Shown here: piece after piece, positions 17,450 to 25,841 of the stretch
Layout of the letters: each line of letters begins with the position of its first letter
Numbering within the stretch: the first letter of the stretch is position 1
Source: a virus
Lineage: Duplodnaviria; Caudoviricetes
DNA: 39,329 nucleotides
Direction: 5' to 3' (one strand)
IMG/VR virus record: IMGVR_UViG_3300033489_000027
Coordinates: 1-39,329 of that record
Position numbers and translations under genes: made by a program
Notes under the pieces: generated by a model
Seen by the model: the letters and a program-made list of their open reading frames with translations, nothing else
Told to the model about the DNA's origin: nothing
The model's database searches: none

Positions 17450-17785
17450 TTAGGCGCAATACCCGGCGTGAACTGCGCACCACACGTTGGTGATCATGTA
17501 GTTGACGATCGTCTGAGCAGCGGCCGGCAGTGACGCTACCTCGACCTGCTCTGTGCTGCATGCGCCCGGAACCGCTGGATTGCTGGAAGATGGGCACACC
17601 ATGATATTGGCTCGGTAGTTTGGGTTCCCGTTCTTGTTCGAGATGCAGACCGACTGCCATTGCGTACTGGTATAGTTCACGGGACCCGTGAGGACGACGG
17701 TGACAGCGGCCATAGCCACGCCGCCAACCAGAAGCGTGACAGTTGCGAGTGCGCCTGCGATTGCTCCGATGATGTATTGTCTCAT
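17450..17785 (-). CDS. secreted Cys-rich protein
   Basis: Signal peptide ending AMA|A; 5 Cys; AGGAG RBS. Confidence 0.7.
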   Translation of the reverse strand: MRQYIIGAIAGALATVTLLVGGVAMAAVTVVLTGPVNYTSTQWQSVCISNKNGNPNYRANIMVCPSSSNPAVPGACSTEQVEVASLPAAAQTIVNYMITNVWCAVHAGYCA

Positions 17786-17797
17786 AGTGCTGTTCTC

Positions 17798-18667
17798 CTA
17801 GAAGTAGTTGTGAACGACGAAACCGATCTTGGTGTGTGCGGTACATGCCGCGTTCATGGTGATCGTGAACGAGCCGGCTGCAGGGACACAGGAGAGGATC
17901 TGGGTGCAGGTCGCGTCTACGAATTGAAGCACGGGAAGGATGACGGACGCAGTGGTGACGAGCGAATTGGTCACCACGACAGACGCAGCGGTGTCGTCAA
18001 CGGATACCTGCCCGATCGGCTGATTGATCGTCGCGGCCCCTGGGGTGCCGCTGGCGTCGGTGCCGTCCATTCGATAGGTGCCGTCCTTGTCGATTGACGC
18101 TTTGACAGTGGGGGTACTGTCGGGGGCGAACGTGGCAATCTGTGCGCCCGCAGTGACTAAAGAAGCGGAACTACGGAAAGAATGCGCGACAGCGTCGGCT
18201 GCGTCCGCCTTGCTCGAGGAGTAAATTGTTCCCGTCGATCCACCATAGAAATAGCTTCCACTTGCTGTGCCGATATTTCCCGATGTGGAAAAATTTCCGG
18301 TAAGTGTATATGTGCCTATCGTCGCGGTCGCATAGACGGCACTTGAATAGTAGATCTTCGATCCGGTTTGCATCGCGATCGCCGTCGCCCCGCTCGCCGC
18401 AGATGTGGTCAAGGATGTCGCACCAACCGGCCCCGCAAACGTCACGGTAGTTCCATCGCTCGACGCATAGTCACTTGCGCCCGCGCCGAAATCGACACGG
18501 CACCCGTTCTGTTGGCAGGCTAGGCCGTTGTTGCCGCTGGCCGCCGTCGCGGTGAAGGATGGACCTGTTGCCGGGACCGAGAATGTACCGGTACTGCCAT
18601 CACGCCGGAGCACCTGCCCGAATGCGAGCGAGGGGAGAAGCGCGAGGAGAAGGAGTATGCGGGTCAC
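17798..18667 (-). CDS. secreted tail-fibre-like protein
   Basis: Signal peptide MTRILLLLALLPSLAFG|Q; G/S/T/A-rich beta composition; KASIDKDG motif shared with the tail fibre; 5 Cys. Confidence 0.7.
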   Translation of the reverse strand: MTRILLLLALLPSLAFGQVLRRDGSTGTFSVPATGPSFTATAASGNNGLACQQNGCRVDFGAGASDYASSDGTTVTFAGPVGATSLTTSAASGATAIAMQTGSKIYYSSAVYATATIGTYTLTGNFSTSGNIGTASGSYFYGGSTGTIYSSSKADAADAVAHSFRSSASLVTAGAQIATFAPDSTPTVKASIDKDGTYRMDGTDASGTPGAATINQPIGQVSVDDTAASVVVTNSLVTTASVILPVLQFVDATCTQILSCVPAAGSFTITMNAACTAHTKIGFVVHNYF

Positions 18668-19128
18668 AGGAGATCACCTCCCTCGTACGGCCCCATCCCG
18701 GTCGCGATCAGGCGGAAGTAGATGGCGCCGGAGCTCACGGTTCCAGACGCGGGGGAGTAGCCGATCCGGCCGGCTGGAGATTCGACCGCCCAACCTCCCA
18801 AGAGCTCGCACCGGGCCCCCGTCGTGGTTCCCACGAGGTCATAGGATGGCGCGCGAGACCACACCGTCAGCCACGGGTCATAGACCCAGGCCGAAAGCGA
18901 GATGACCGTCGCGATCGTTTGTCCGCTGGCCGCGCAGGCGTAGACGGAGAATCCTGCGACACCCGACAGGGCCATCCCCTGCGCCGAAGTCGAGAACGTA
19001 CACCCGATAGCGCCGGTTCCGACCACGCTCCGCGCCGAAGTCGTGCCGGCCGCGGTCCAGGTGCAGTCTGCCGCTTGGACCTGCCACGCGAAGAGTAGCG
19101 CTACAACCGCAAGAATGGCTCTCTTCAT
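18664..19128 (-). CDS. secreted beta-rich protein
   Basis: Signal peptide MKRAILAVVALLFAWQVQA|A; 4 Cys; GGAGG RBS. Confidence 0.7.
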   Translation of the reverse strand: MKRAILAVVALLFAWQVQAADCTWTAAGTTSARSVVGTGAIGCTFSTSAQGMALSGVAGFSVYACAASGQTIATVISLSAWVYDPWLTVWSRAPSYDLVGTTTGARCELLGGWAVESPAGRIGYSPASGTVSSGAIYFRLIATGMGPYEGGDLL

Positions 19129-19397
19129 GGCGCCATCCTCCAGGCTTTGAGCCTCTGAACCTCTTCCTCTGGTATCGCCGCTCCTGCCTCCAGCGTCGGG
19201 TCGAATCCCACATCTCCGCGCTGCGCCCGGCGCATCTTGATCGCCTCGATTACGGCCAGGAGCCGGCGCTCTTCTGGGCTCATCGCCTGTTGGTCGCCTG
19301 AGGGCACATTGTCGCCCCTGTAGACCGGCAACTGCAGGTCGGGTAGTTCCGCGTTGCGCTTCGTTCCGAGTCCTGAATCTGCGTATCCGTCTGCCAT
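19125..19397 (-). CDS. hypothetical protein
   Basis: GAGGTG RBS; ATGA overlap. Confidence 0.65.
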   Translation of the reverse strand: MADGYADSGLGTKRNAELPDLQLPVYRGDNVPSGDQQAMSPEERRLLAVIEAIKMRRAQRGDVGFDPTLEAGAAIPEEEVQRLKAWRMAP

Positions 19398-19562
19398 TTT
19401 GTCACCTCACTGGGTCAATTCTACCACTGAAAGGGTGTGCTTTCTTGCTTCGCCTGTCCAGCCATGAGAACCTCGTACTCGCAGGGGATAGCCGGATCCG
19501 GCGACAAGGCGGCTTCCCACCTCCTTCCCCTGCATACCTTGGGAGCGCCTCGGGAGGGCGCC

Positions 19563-20210
19563 ATGATCCGCCGAATCCTCGTAGCCTTGTTCCTCTCGCT
19601 GTTCGCCGTTCCCGCTCGCCCTATGACCGACGCCGAGATTCGGGATTGCCTGGACTTCGATGAGTGCGCCCTTGTGAGCCGGCCGACCAAGACGATCGGG
19701 CTGATTTTGGCCCTCTTGATCGTCGTGTTCGGGGGGTGTGGAACCTATGAATACGACTGTGCCGGGAGTCTTCCTCCTGACCCCGAAGAGAGGGTGTTTG
19801 GATCGTACATGTTGCCCTGTGGAGCGTTTGTGGAGGTGTCCGAAGGTGACGCCGACTGGACCGGAACGACCGCATGGGGCACCGAGATCTGTGCCATGAT
19901 TTCTCGGGTGTCGGAAATAGCCGGCCAGAATATCGACCCTTCTACGATCACGCTCTATATGACTCCTGTAGTCACATGGAAGGGTGCGGACGTGTTTGGT
20001 GTCACCATTAAAAGCGGAGATCGGTTCTTTGTCCATGTTAGGGCCACGGCCGATCGCGGGTGCTGCGCCAACACATCGCTTGGTCATGAGCTGCTCCATG
20101 TCGCACTGAACGGGGACGGGAATCATTTGTCCGGCCTTTGGGCCACCATCTTGACAGATTCCTCGTCTTGTGATTTGTGTGCCCACACGTTCTCCGCTAG
20201 GTCAATGTAA
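19563..20210 (+). CDS. counter-oriented exported or lipoprotein with HExxH motif (moron-like)
   Basis: GGGAGG RBS; high GC3 in this frame; LALLIVVFGG|C lipobox-like segment; LGHELLH; 10 Cys. Confidence 0.6.
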   Translation: MIRRILVALFLSLFAVPARPMTDAEIRDCLDFDECALVSRPTKTIGLILALLIVVFGGCGTYEYDCAGSLPPDPEERVFGSYMLPCGAFVEVSEGDADWTGTTAWGTEICAMISRVSEIAGQNIDPSTITLYMTPVVTWKGADVFGVTIKSGDRFFVHVRATADRGCCANTSLGHELLHVALNGDGNHLSGLWATILTDSSSCDLCAHTFSARSM

Positions 20211-21429
20211 CCGTTTTGGTAGCGCCGTTTATGCGCACTTTCAGCGTATTGGTTCCAGTCTCAACCCACATGTCGCCATTTACTGGGGAACTCGGAGCTG
20301 ATTGCGGTGTGAGCATAAGTGCGCCACGGGTTACAGATCCGCCCGCAACAGCGCAAACGCCAGCACCACCACCCGCAGATCCACCTAGGACTCCATGGCC
20401 AGTTCCCGCGCTGTAGCCTTGAACTGCCGGCCCACTTCCTGCCGCGGTTGCATAGATTCCTTGACCATCGCCGGTTCCTGCCGCATAAACCCCCTTTCCG
20501 TTTGTGGACCCACCCTCACCACGGACGCCTATTCCATCCGATGCGCCACCTTTTCCGTACACGCCGGGATATGTGTCCTCGGTCGCAACACAACTAATAG
20601 TGGAACCGTTTAGACTCCCGTCCGTTTCGTCAAATACCCATTCCGCGACATTGTTCAGCAGAATACGAACGTCCGCCGCGATCGATGTCCCAATGTCAAG
20701 GCCTCCTGTGCCGCCTTTGAGGATTGTCTGCAGTGCTCCACCGAGCAGATCTATTCCAGCCGGAACTAGGCGTCCGTCTTTGTCGATGGATGCTTTTTCA
20801 ACGCCCGCGTTTCGGACCGAAAGAGCTTTTGCCCCTGATGTTGACAAAGCGTTGACGCAGTCCAGGATTACACCGACCGCCGTAGCCCCGTCCGCGATGT
20901 TTCCGAGCAGTGTTGCTCCAACCGCGCCGTTGGCCGCAAAGAGACCGTTCCCCGCTGCAATCGTGCTACCCGCTGAAACCGCGCCATCCTTGTCGACGTA
21001 GAACTTCTCGACCGCGTGGTTCAGAACCGACAACAGCTTCGCGCCCGTCGTTGTGAGCGCGTTCACGGTGTCGAGCGTGATACCGACCGCCGTGGCGCCG
21101 TCGACGCAGTGACCGATCAACTTCAGAAGCGCAGTGGTGAACACCGCCATATCGACACCCAAGTGAGACAGCCGGATGTCGCCCGCGCCAGCTCGGTACA
21201 AGCCGATCGTCGGATTGTTGACGAAGGTCGCCGAGGGATCTCCGACCGTTCCGTCCGAGAATTCGAACGGGGCGAGCATGCCGCCCTTGCCGGATCGGCT
21301 GAGCGAGTCGGTGAGCTCGGCTACCAGGTCAGCCACAAGCAGGTTGAACACCGAGGCCAGAGCTGGCGTACCACCCACCACCGGCTGGCCGGCCGGCGCC
21401 GTCATCGTTCCGTTGCTGTCACGAGGCAT
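20197..21429 (-). CDS. tail fibre / tailspike
   Basis: MPRDSNGT..P..QPVV.GT...N....DL...LTDSLSR.G podophage fibre anchor; internal 40-aa duplication; Gly-rich GVYG-type repeats; AAGGAG RBS. Confidence 0.75.
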   Translation of the reverse strand: MPRDSNGTMTAPAGQPVVGGTPALASVFNLLVADLVAELTDSLSRSGKGGMLAPFEFSDGTVGDPSATFVNNPTIGLYRAGAGDIRLSHLGVDMAVFTTALLKLIGHCVDGATAVGITLDTVNALTTTGAKLLSVLNHAVEKFYVDKDGAVSAGSTIAAGNGLFAANGAVGATLLGNIADGATAVGVILDCVNALSTSGAKALSVRNAGVEKASIDKDGRLVPAGIDLLGGALQTILKGGTGGLDIGTSIAADVRILLNNVAEWVFDETDGSLNGSTISCVATEDTYPGVYGKGGASDGIGVRGEGGSTNGKGVYAAGTGDGQGIYATAAGSGPAVQGYSAGTGHGVLGGSAGGGAGVCAVAGGSVTRGALMLTPQSAPSSPVNGDMWVETGTNTLKVRINGATKTVTLT

Positions 21430-21513
21430 CGTGCTTCTCCTTTGGATCGACAGCCCGCCCACCCGTCACGGGGAGCAGGTCCGTGTTTGTGAATGGACGG
21501 GCCATCGAAGTCG

Positions 21514-23250
21514 TCATTCCTCTTCCCTCAACTCGGTCGCGGTCGCGCCAACACCGGCAGACTTCAGAGCCTCAACCCCGCGCGGTCCCAGTCGGCGCTT
21601 CACGGCCTCAATCAGGGCCTGCATGCTTTTTTGGGGGCCGGTCTGGCCGGTCAGAATGGCCTTGGGGCCGGGCAGGTTGGCCGCGTACGACATCGGGCCC
21701 GTGATCCATCCGAAAGGTCCCGTGGTAAGCAGCCGGGCGCCCGTGGTGGGACTGCGCACGTCGAACGACTCCCGGCCAGCCTGGGAGAGCTTGCGGAGCT
21801 CCCCACCTGCTCCGCGAGCGAATCGACCGCCCTCCGTCGATTGCTTGATCGCCTGCTGGAGCTGGAAGGGGCTAAACCCGGCCGGCGCATCCCCGGCGCG
21901 CGCCACCGCCGCCGTTCCAACCATGTGCTGTGCATACTTCGCATCGACAACACGCAAGTATTGAGCCGCCTGCGCGGGAAGTTGCGTTTCCAGGGTATCG
22001 GTGACCGCCTTTTCGGCATTCGACAGGAGGCGCTCGGCCGCAAAGTCCTTCCGCTGGCCGGCCAGCCTGATCGCTTCCCGGATGTTCGAACGCATCTCGA
22101 GTAAGGCGCCCGCGGGAACTTTGGTGATCGCACCCTTCTTCCCGGGGATGAGCGAAAGCTGATCCTGAAGGAACCGGCCCACGACCTCGCGCGTTTCCTT
22201 GGTCGCCATGGCTTTAGGGTCGGCCAAAGACTGCGCCAGTGCCCCCTTCTGGCCGCCCAGCGGAAGACTGGGGCGAGTTCCACCACCATGGATCGCCGGG
22301 TAGACCGGTAGGGCCTTGACGGGCGCGTAGGCCTGCGTGAAGGACTCGTAGATCGCGGCCAACTGTTCCGGAATCGCCTCTTTCGTCGGAATCTTGACAC
22401 CGGCCGGTGTTCCCTCGGCAAGCACCGCCCGCTGAAGCGCCAGCGGGCCCGCCGCGCGTTGCGCTGTGATTCCGGGCCCCACACCTCCCACCGACTGCGC
22501 CGCTTCTTCGAGCTGACCCAGTGCTGATCCAGGGGCGGACTGGCCGATCGTAGTAGGAACTCCCTTGCTCGCGAGGTACTTCGCAGCCGGGGTGAGTTCC
22601 ACGAGGCCACGAATACCCTTCCCTACGAGCTTCCCAGCTCCTCGAAGAACCGCGCCGCCCGCCGCTCCAATGGCCGCACCCTCGGCACGCTGGCCCGGGC
22701 CTGCCTGGACGGACCCAACAGCTGCTCCTTGGCTCATGGCCTGCCCGAGGGGCTTCGCGAGTCGAGCAGCTGCGGGAAGTACCTTGCTCGCGCCCTGCGC
22801 CACGGTCTTCAGTCCGGTTCCGACACCCATCCCAATCGGAAGCGTGGCGCCGACCTCGCCCACGAACTTGCCGACCTTCCCGGGGGTCGTGGACAGAAGC
22901 GCCCTATTCAAGCGCTTCTCTTCTGCCCATTCCTGTGGAGTCGGCCGCTTCCCCAGGATGGTCCCTTCCGACATGACTCGCTCGCGCTGTTCCTCTGGCA
23001 TCCCCATGCCAGCCGTTGCGAGTCGGGGAGCGATGTCCTTGATGTTCATCCAGATGTTCTTCATGCCGGCGCCGATCCCGGCCGCCGCAAGTTGCTGCTC
23101 GTTCAACCCGGAAATAGTCGACGCATCCTGCTGTTTCTGTTGCGCATCCCGAATCCGGCCCTCGATGACCTGGACGGCCCCCAGATCTCCAGCGTCCTTG
23201 GCCTTCCGGAGGGCCGCGAGGTGCTTCATGATCGGATCGGTCTCGGCCAT
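21514..23250 (-). CDS. internal virion / DNA ejection protein
   Basis: 578 aa, Ala/Gly-rich helical; third of three genes after the nozzle. Confidence 0.6.
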   Translation of the reverse strand: MAETDPIMKHLAALRKAKDAGDLGAVQVIEGRIRDAQQKQQDASTISGLNEQQLAAAGIGAGMKNIWMNIKDIAPRLATAGMGMPEEQRERVMSEGTILGKRPTPQEWAEEKRLNRALLSTTPGKVGKFVGEVGATLPIGMGVGTGLKTVAQGASKVLPAAARLAKPLGQAMSQGAAVGSVQAGPGQRAEGAAIGAAGGAVLRGAGKLVGKGIRGLVELTPAAKYLASKGVPTTIGQSAPGSALGQLEEAAQSVGGVGPGITAQRAAGPLALQRAVLAEGTPAGVKIPTKEAIPEQLAAIYESFTQAYAPVKALPVYPAIHGGGTRPSLPLGGQKGALAQSLADPKAMATKETREVVGRFLQDQLSLIPGKKGAITKVPAGALLEMRSNIREAIRLAGQRKDFAAERLLSNAEKAVTDTLETQLPAQAAQYLRVVDAKYAQHMVGTAAVARAGDAPAGFSPFQLQQAIKQSTEGGRFARGAGGELRKLSQAGRESFDVRSPTTGARLLTTGPFGWITGPMSYAANLPGPKAILTGQTGPQKSMQALIEAVKRRLGPRGVEALKSAGVGATATELREEE

Positions 23251-23253
23251 GGC

Positions 23254-24555
23254 TCACTCGTAGTAGCTGTCGGGGTTGGCGATTGGAGCAACCCCGGGAC
23301 TTCCACCTTCTCCCAGGATGTCTGCCGCCCATGCCTGCGCTTGATCGAAGAACTGATTGAATTCGGCGGCCTTCGCGGGAGGAAGCTTCTCTTGCACAGA
23401 TCGGATCGCACCCACAAGGGATCGCAGCTTGCGGGCCTGCTCCTCTTTTGGTTCCCCGGGGCTCGGAACGTACCGGAGGGCGAGACGCCGGATCTCTTCC
23501 GGGGGAACCGCCGCGCCAGACTCCGAACGGACGATCGGTTCCGCGATCGACAGGAGCAGGCTTTGCCGGGCGAGCTCGTCACGAGATGACAACTGCGGCA
23601 CGCCATGTTCACGCGCGAACCACGCGGCCTTCTCCTTCCCGCCCGCCATCCCGGACGCGGGTAGAATCCTTTCTCCCATGCCCATGGCCTGCTTGAGCGC
23701 GTTCTCGCTCTGACGGAGGAACATAGCCGCTTGACCCTGGGTTTCGGTCAGAGGCTTCAGATAGGGCTGTTTCCCTCCGAGTGTAGCGTTTCCAGTCAAT
23801 GGGGTTGCTTCGCCGGTCTTCTTGTTGTACTTGATGATCCCGCCCGAAACAGGGTCAGCAATGGCCGAGTAGACATCCTGGCCGAGCCGCCTATTCTCGA
23901 GAGCGACCCGTTGCTTTGCAATTTGAAGCTGCTCGCGCTGCATCTGTTCTTGCACATCGAGCCGACGATTCGACAGACCTTGCCGAATTGACTCGTCTTC
24001 GGCCTTACGCCCCTCGATCTGTGCCTGAAGGGCCATTTTCTGCCGAATCTGACCGGCTTCGCCGAGTGCTTGCGAGCCCTGTTGGGCTTCTCCCACGAGC
24101 CCAGCGCCAACCTTACCGAGCGTCGGGTCTCCAGACAGCATGCCGGCCGTTCCGACTTGCCGGCGGCGCGCAATGGCCTGCTTGAGCGCCTCGACGCTGC
24201 GTTGCGCAGTCGGTTCATCAGGGGCCGCCAAGATCGAATAGGCGTCCGGTTCCTCAGTCGGGATGGCCTTCGCCATGGCGCCCCGCGCCGCCGTCCTCTG
24301 CCCTGAGATCTCCCCAAGCCTCCGGTTGATGTCGGCCTCGGACTGGCGCCCCTCCATGCCGCGCATCGCGGTCAAGGCGTGCTGAAGCGGGTTCGCTTTG
24401 ACGTACACGTCCCCGATCATCTGGCCCTTCTCCATCGGGGCATACTTGAGCGCTCGCGCATTCGTCATCTGTTCCGCGATCCGGCCCTCTTCCTCGGACA
24501 GGCCACCGAGGGAGAGCATCTGCGACAGGATCTCAGGGTTGATGTCGTTGGCCAT
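23254..24555 (-). CDS. internal virion / DNA ejection protein
   Basis: Start MANDINPE with GGGGTG RBS; Gln/Ala-rich; R.ESGAAV...E motif; synteny. Confidence 0.6.
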   Translation of the reverse strand: MANDINPEILSQMLSLGGLSEEEGRIAEQMTNARALKYAPMEKGQMIGDVYVKANPLQHALTAMRGMEGRQSEADINRRLGEISGQRTAARGAMAKAIPTEEPDAYSILAAPDEPTAQRSVEALKQAIARRRQVGTAGMLSGDPTLGKVGAGLVGEAQQGSQALGEAGQIRQKMALQAQIEGRKAEDESIRQGLSNRRLDVQEQMQREQLQIAKQRVALENRRLGQDVYSAIADPVSGGIIKYNKKTGEATPLTGNATLGGKQPYLKPLTETQGQAAMFLRQSENALKQAMGMGERILPASGMAGGKEKAAWFAREHGVPQLSSRDELARQSLLLSIAEPIVRSESGAAVPPEEIRRLALRYVPSPGEPKEEQARKLRSLVGAIRSVQEKLPPAKAAEFNQFFDQAQAWAADILGEGGSPGVAPIANPDSYYE

Positions 24556-24560
24556 CGCTA

Positions 24561-25841
24561 TCACCCCGCTCCGTATCCGTACGTCCCGCCCGCCGACGCA
24601 CCTCCGCCGCTCGACTGGGACGATCCGCCGTAGCCGAACAGGTAGGGCGTCAACTGGGCCGCTGAGCCCCACAGGTTGTTCTGTTGCGCCTGATTGGCGT
24701 TGTAGCTGTTCAGGTTCGCGTTGTACTCGGCCTGAGCCGCCGCCGTGTAGTTGGGAGCGCTCCCCACGCTTGTCGACGCGAACTGTTGCTGCGTCGGCAT
24801 GGTGACCTGCTGACCGGACTGAAGCGAGTTCATCTCGTTCAACGCTTGAGACCGGGCTCCTTGCTGCTCGGCAAGCGCGTTCTGCCGGAGCTGTTGCTGC
24901 CACGCCTGGATAGCCTGATCCTGTGACAAACCTTGCGCCGCCGCCTGGTTCATGAAGTTGGCCTGGTTCGTCGTCTCAGACACACTCTGTTGACGACTGG
25001 ACAGGTCCATCCCGTACTCGCGCGACGCCTCTGCGCCACCGGCAGTGATTGCATCCTGCCGAGCCGCCGCGTAGGCGTCTTGCTTGGACTGGTTGAACTT
25101 TGACACCTCGGTGTCAAAAGCCGCATCTCCCTCGCGCAAGCCCTGGTTGTAGAGCCGAGTCCGAAGCTCGCTCTCTTGCTCTTGCATTTGAGGATCAAGG
25201 CGAGCCGTCGAACGCCCGTAAAGTGCTTCCTCGGCACGGTTCCGGGTCTCTTCTCCGGACGACAACTCGGGGGCCCCCGAGAAGTCGAGCTGCGTCGCAA
25301 GGTCTCTGCTTTGAAGGCTTTGTCCGGCCGAGGGTAGCGCGTTGTAGTCGATTCCCTTCCCGAGGGCCGCCTGAGCCTGCGGAAGCATCGACTGCGCGAG
25401 CTGATTGCGGCCGATCGCCGTCTGAGTTTGGGCGTCGTAGATTTTTTGCTGTTCAGGGGAAAGTGTGGTTTTTTGTTCCCATCCTTGGGATGTCGTGGAA
25501 TTTACTCCGCGCAATTGCATCGCGGTATCAAAATCCGCTTGACTGGCACTAGGATCGAGCAGGTTGGTGCCATCGGGTCCAATCAGTCGACCTTCCTTCC
25601 ACATCTGCTTGTAATATTCATACTCTTGGTTTGGAGTGGTCTTTTCTTGCCACGTAACCGACCCCTGGGGTGTATAGACATTTGGCCGGTTGAGTTGTGC
25701 TTCGTAATCAGCCAATTCCTTGCTGGCCGCGATCTGTTTCTCTGTCACGTCCCCCTCGAACTTTGGAGGCGTGATGTTGTTTATTGCGTTATAGCCTGCT
25801 CCTATCGCTCCAACCGCCGCCGGTATCCACTCGTAGGCCAT
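24561..25841 (-). CDS. internal virion / DNA transfer (pilot) protein
   Basis: NRPNVYTPQG...LSPEQQ...RLDPQ...L..RL.NQGL..G pattern; Gln/Ala-rich; synteny. Confidence 0.65.
   Translation of the reverse strand: MAYEWIPAAVGAIGAGYNAINNITPPKFEGDVTEKQIAASKELADYEAQLNRPNVYTPQGSVTWQEKTTPNQEYEYYKQMWKEGRLIGPDGTNLLDPSASQADFDTAMQLRGVNSTTSQGWEQKTTLSPEQQKIYDAQTQTAIGRNQLAQSMLPQAQAALGKGIDYNALPSAGQSLQSRDLATQLDFSGAPELSSGEETRNRAEEALYGRSTARLDPQMQEQESELRTRLYNQGLREGDAAFDTEVSKFNQSKQDAYAAARQDAITAGGAEASREYGMDLSSRQQSVSETTNQANFMNQAAAQGLSQDQAIQAWQQQLRQNALAEQQGARSQALNEMNSLQSGQQVTMPTQQQFASTSVGSAPNYTAAAQAEYNANLNSYNANQAQQNNLWGSAAQLTPYLFGYGGSSQSSGGGASAGGTYGYGAG

Noticed and set aside
19407-20186. Minus-strand 259-aa ORF that fits the late operon spacing
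   Set aside because: It is the in-register antisense of 19563-20210; GC3 bias and protein motifs favour the plus strand, though the neat fit means it is not fully excluded
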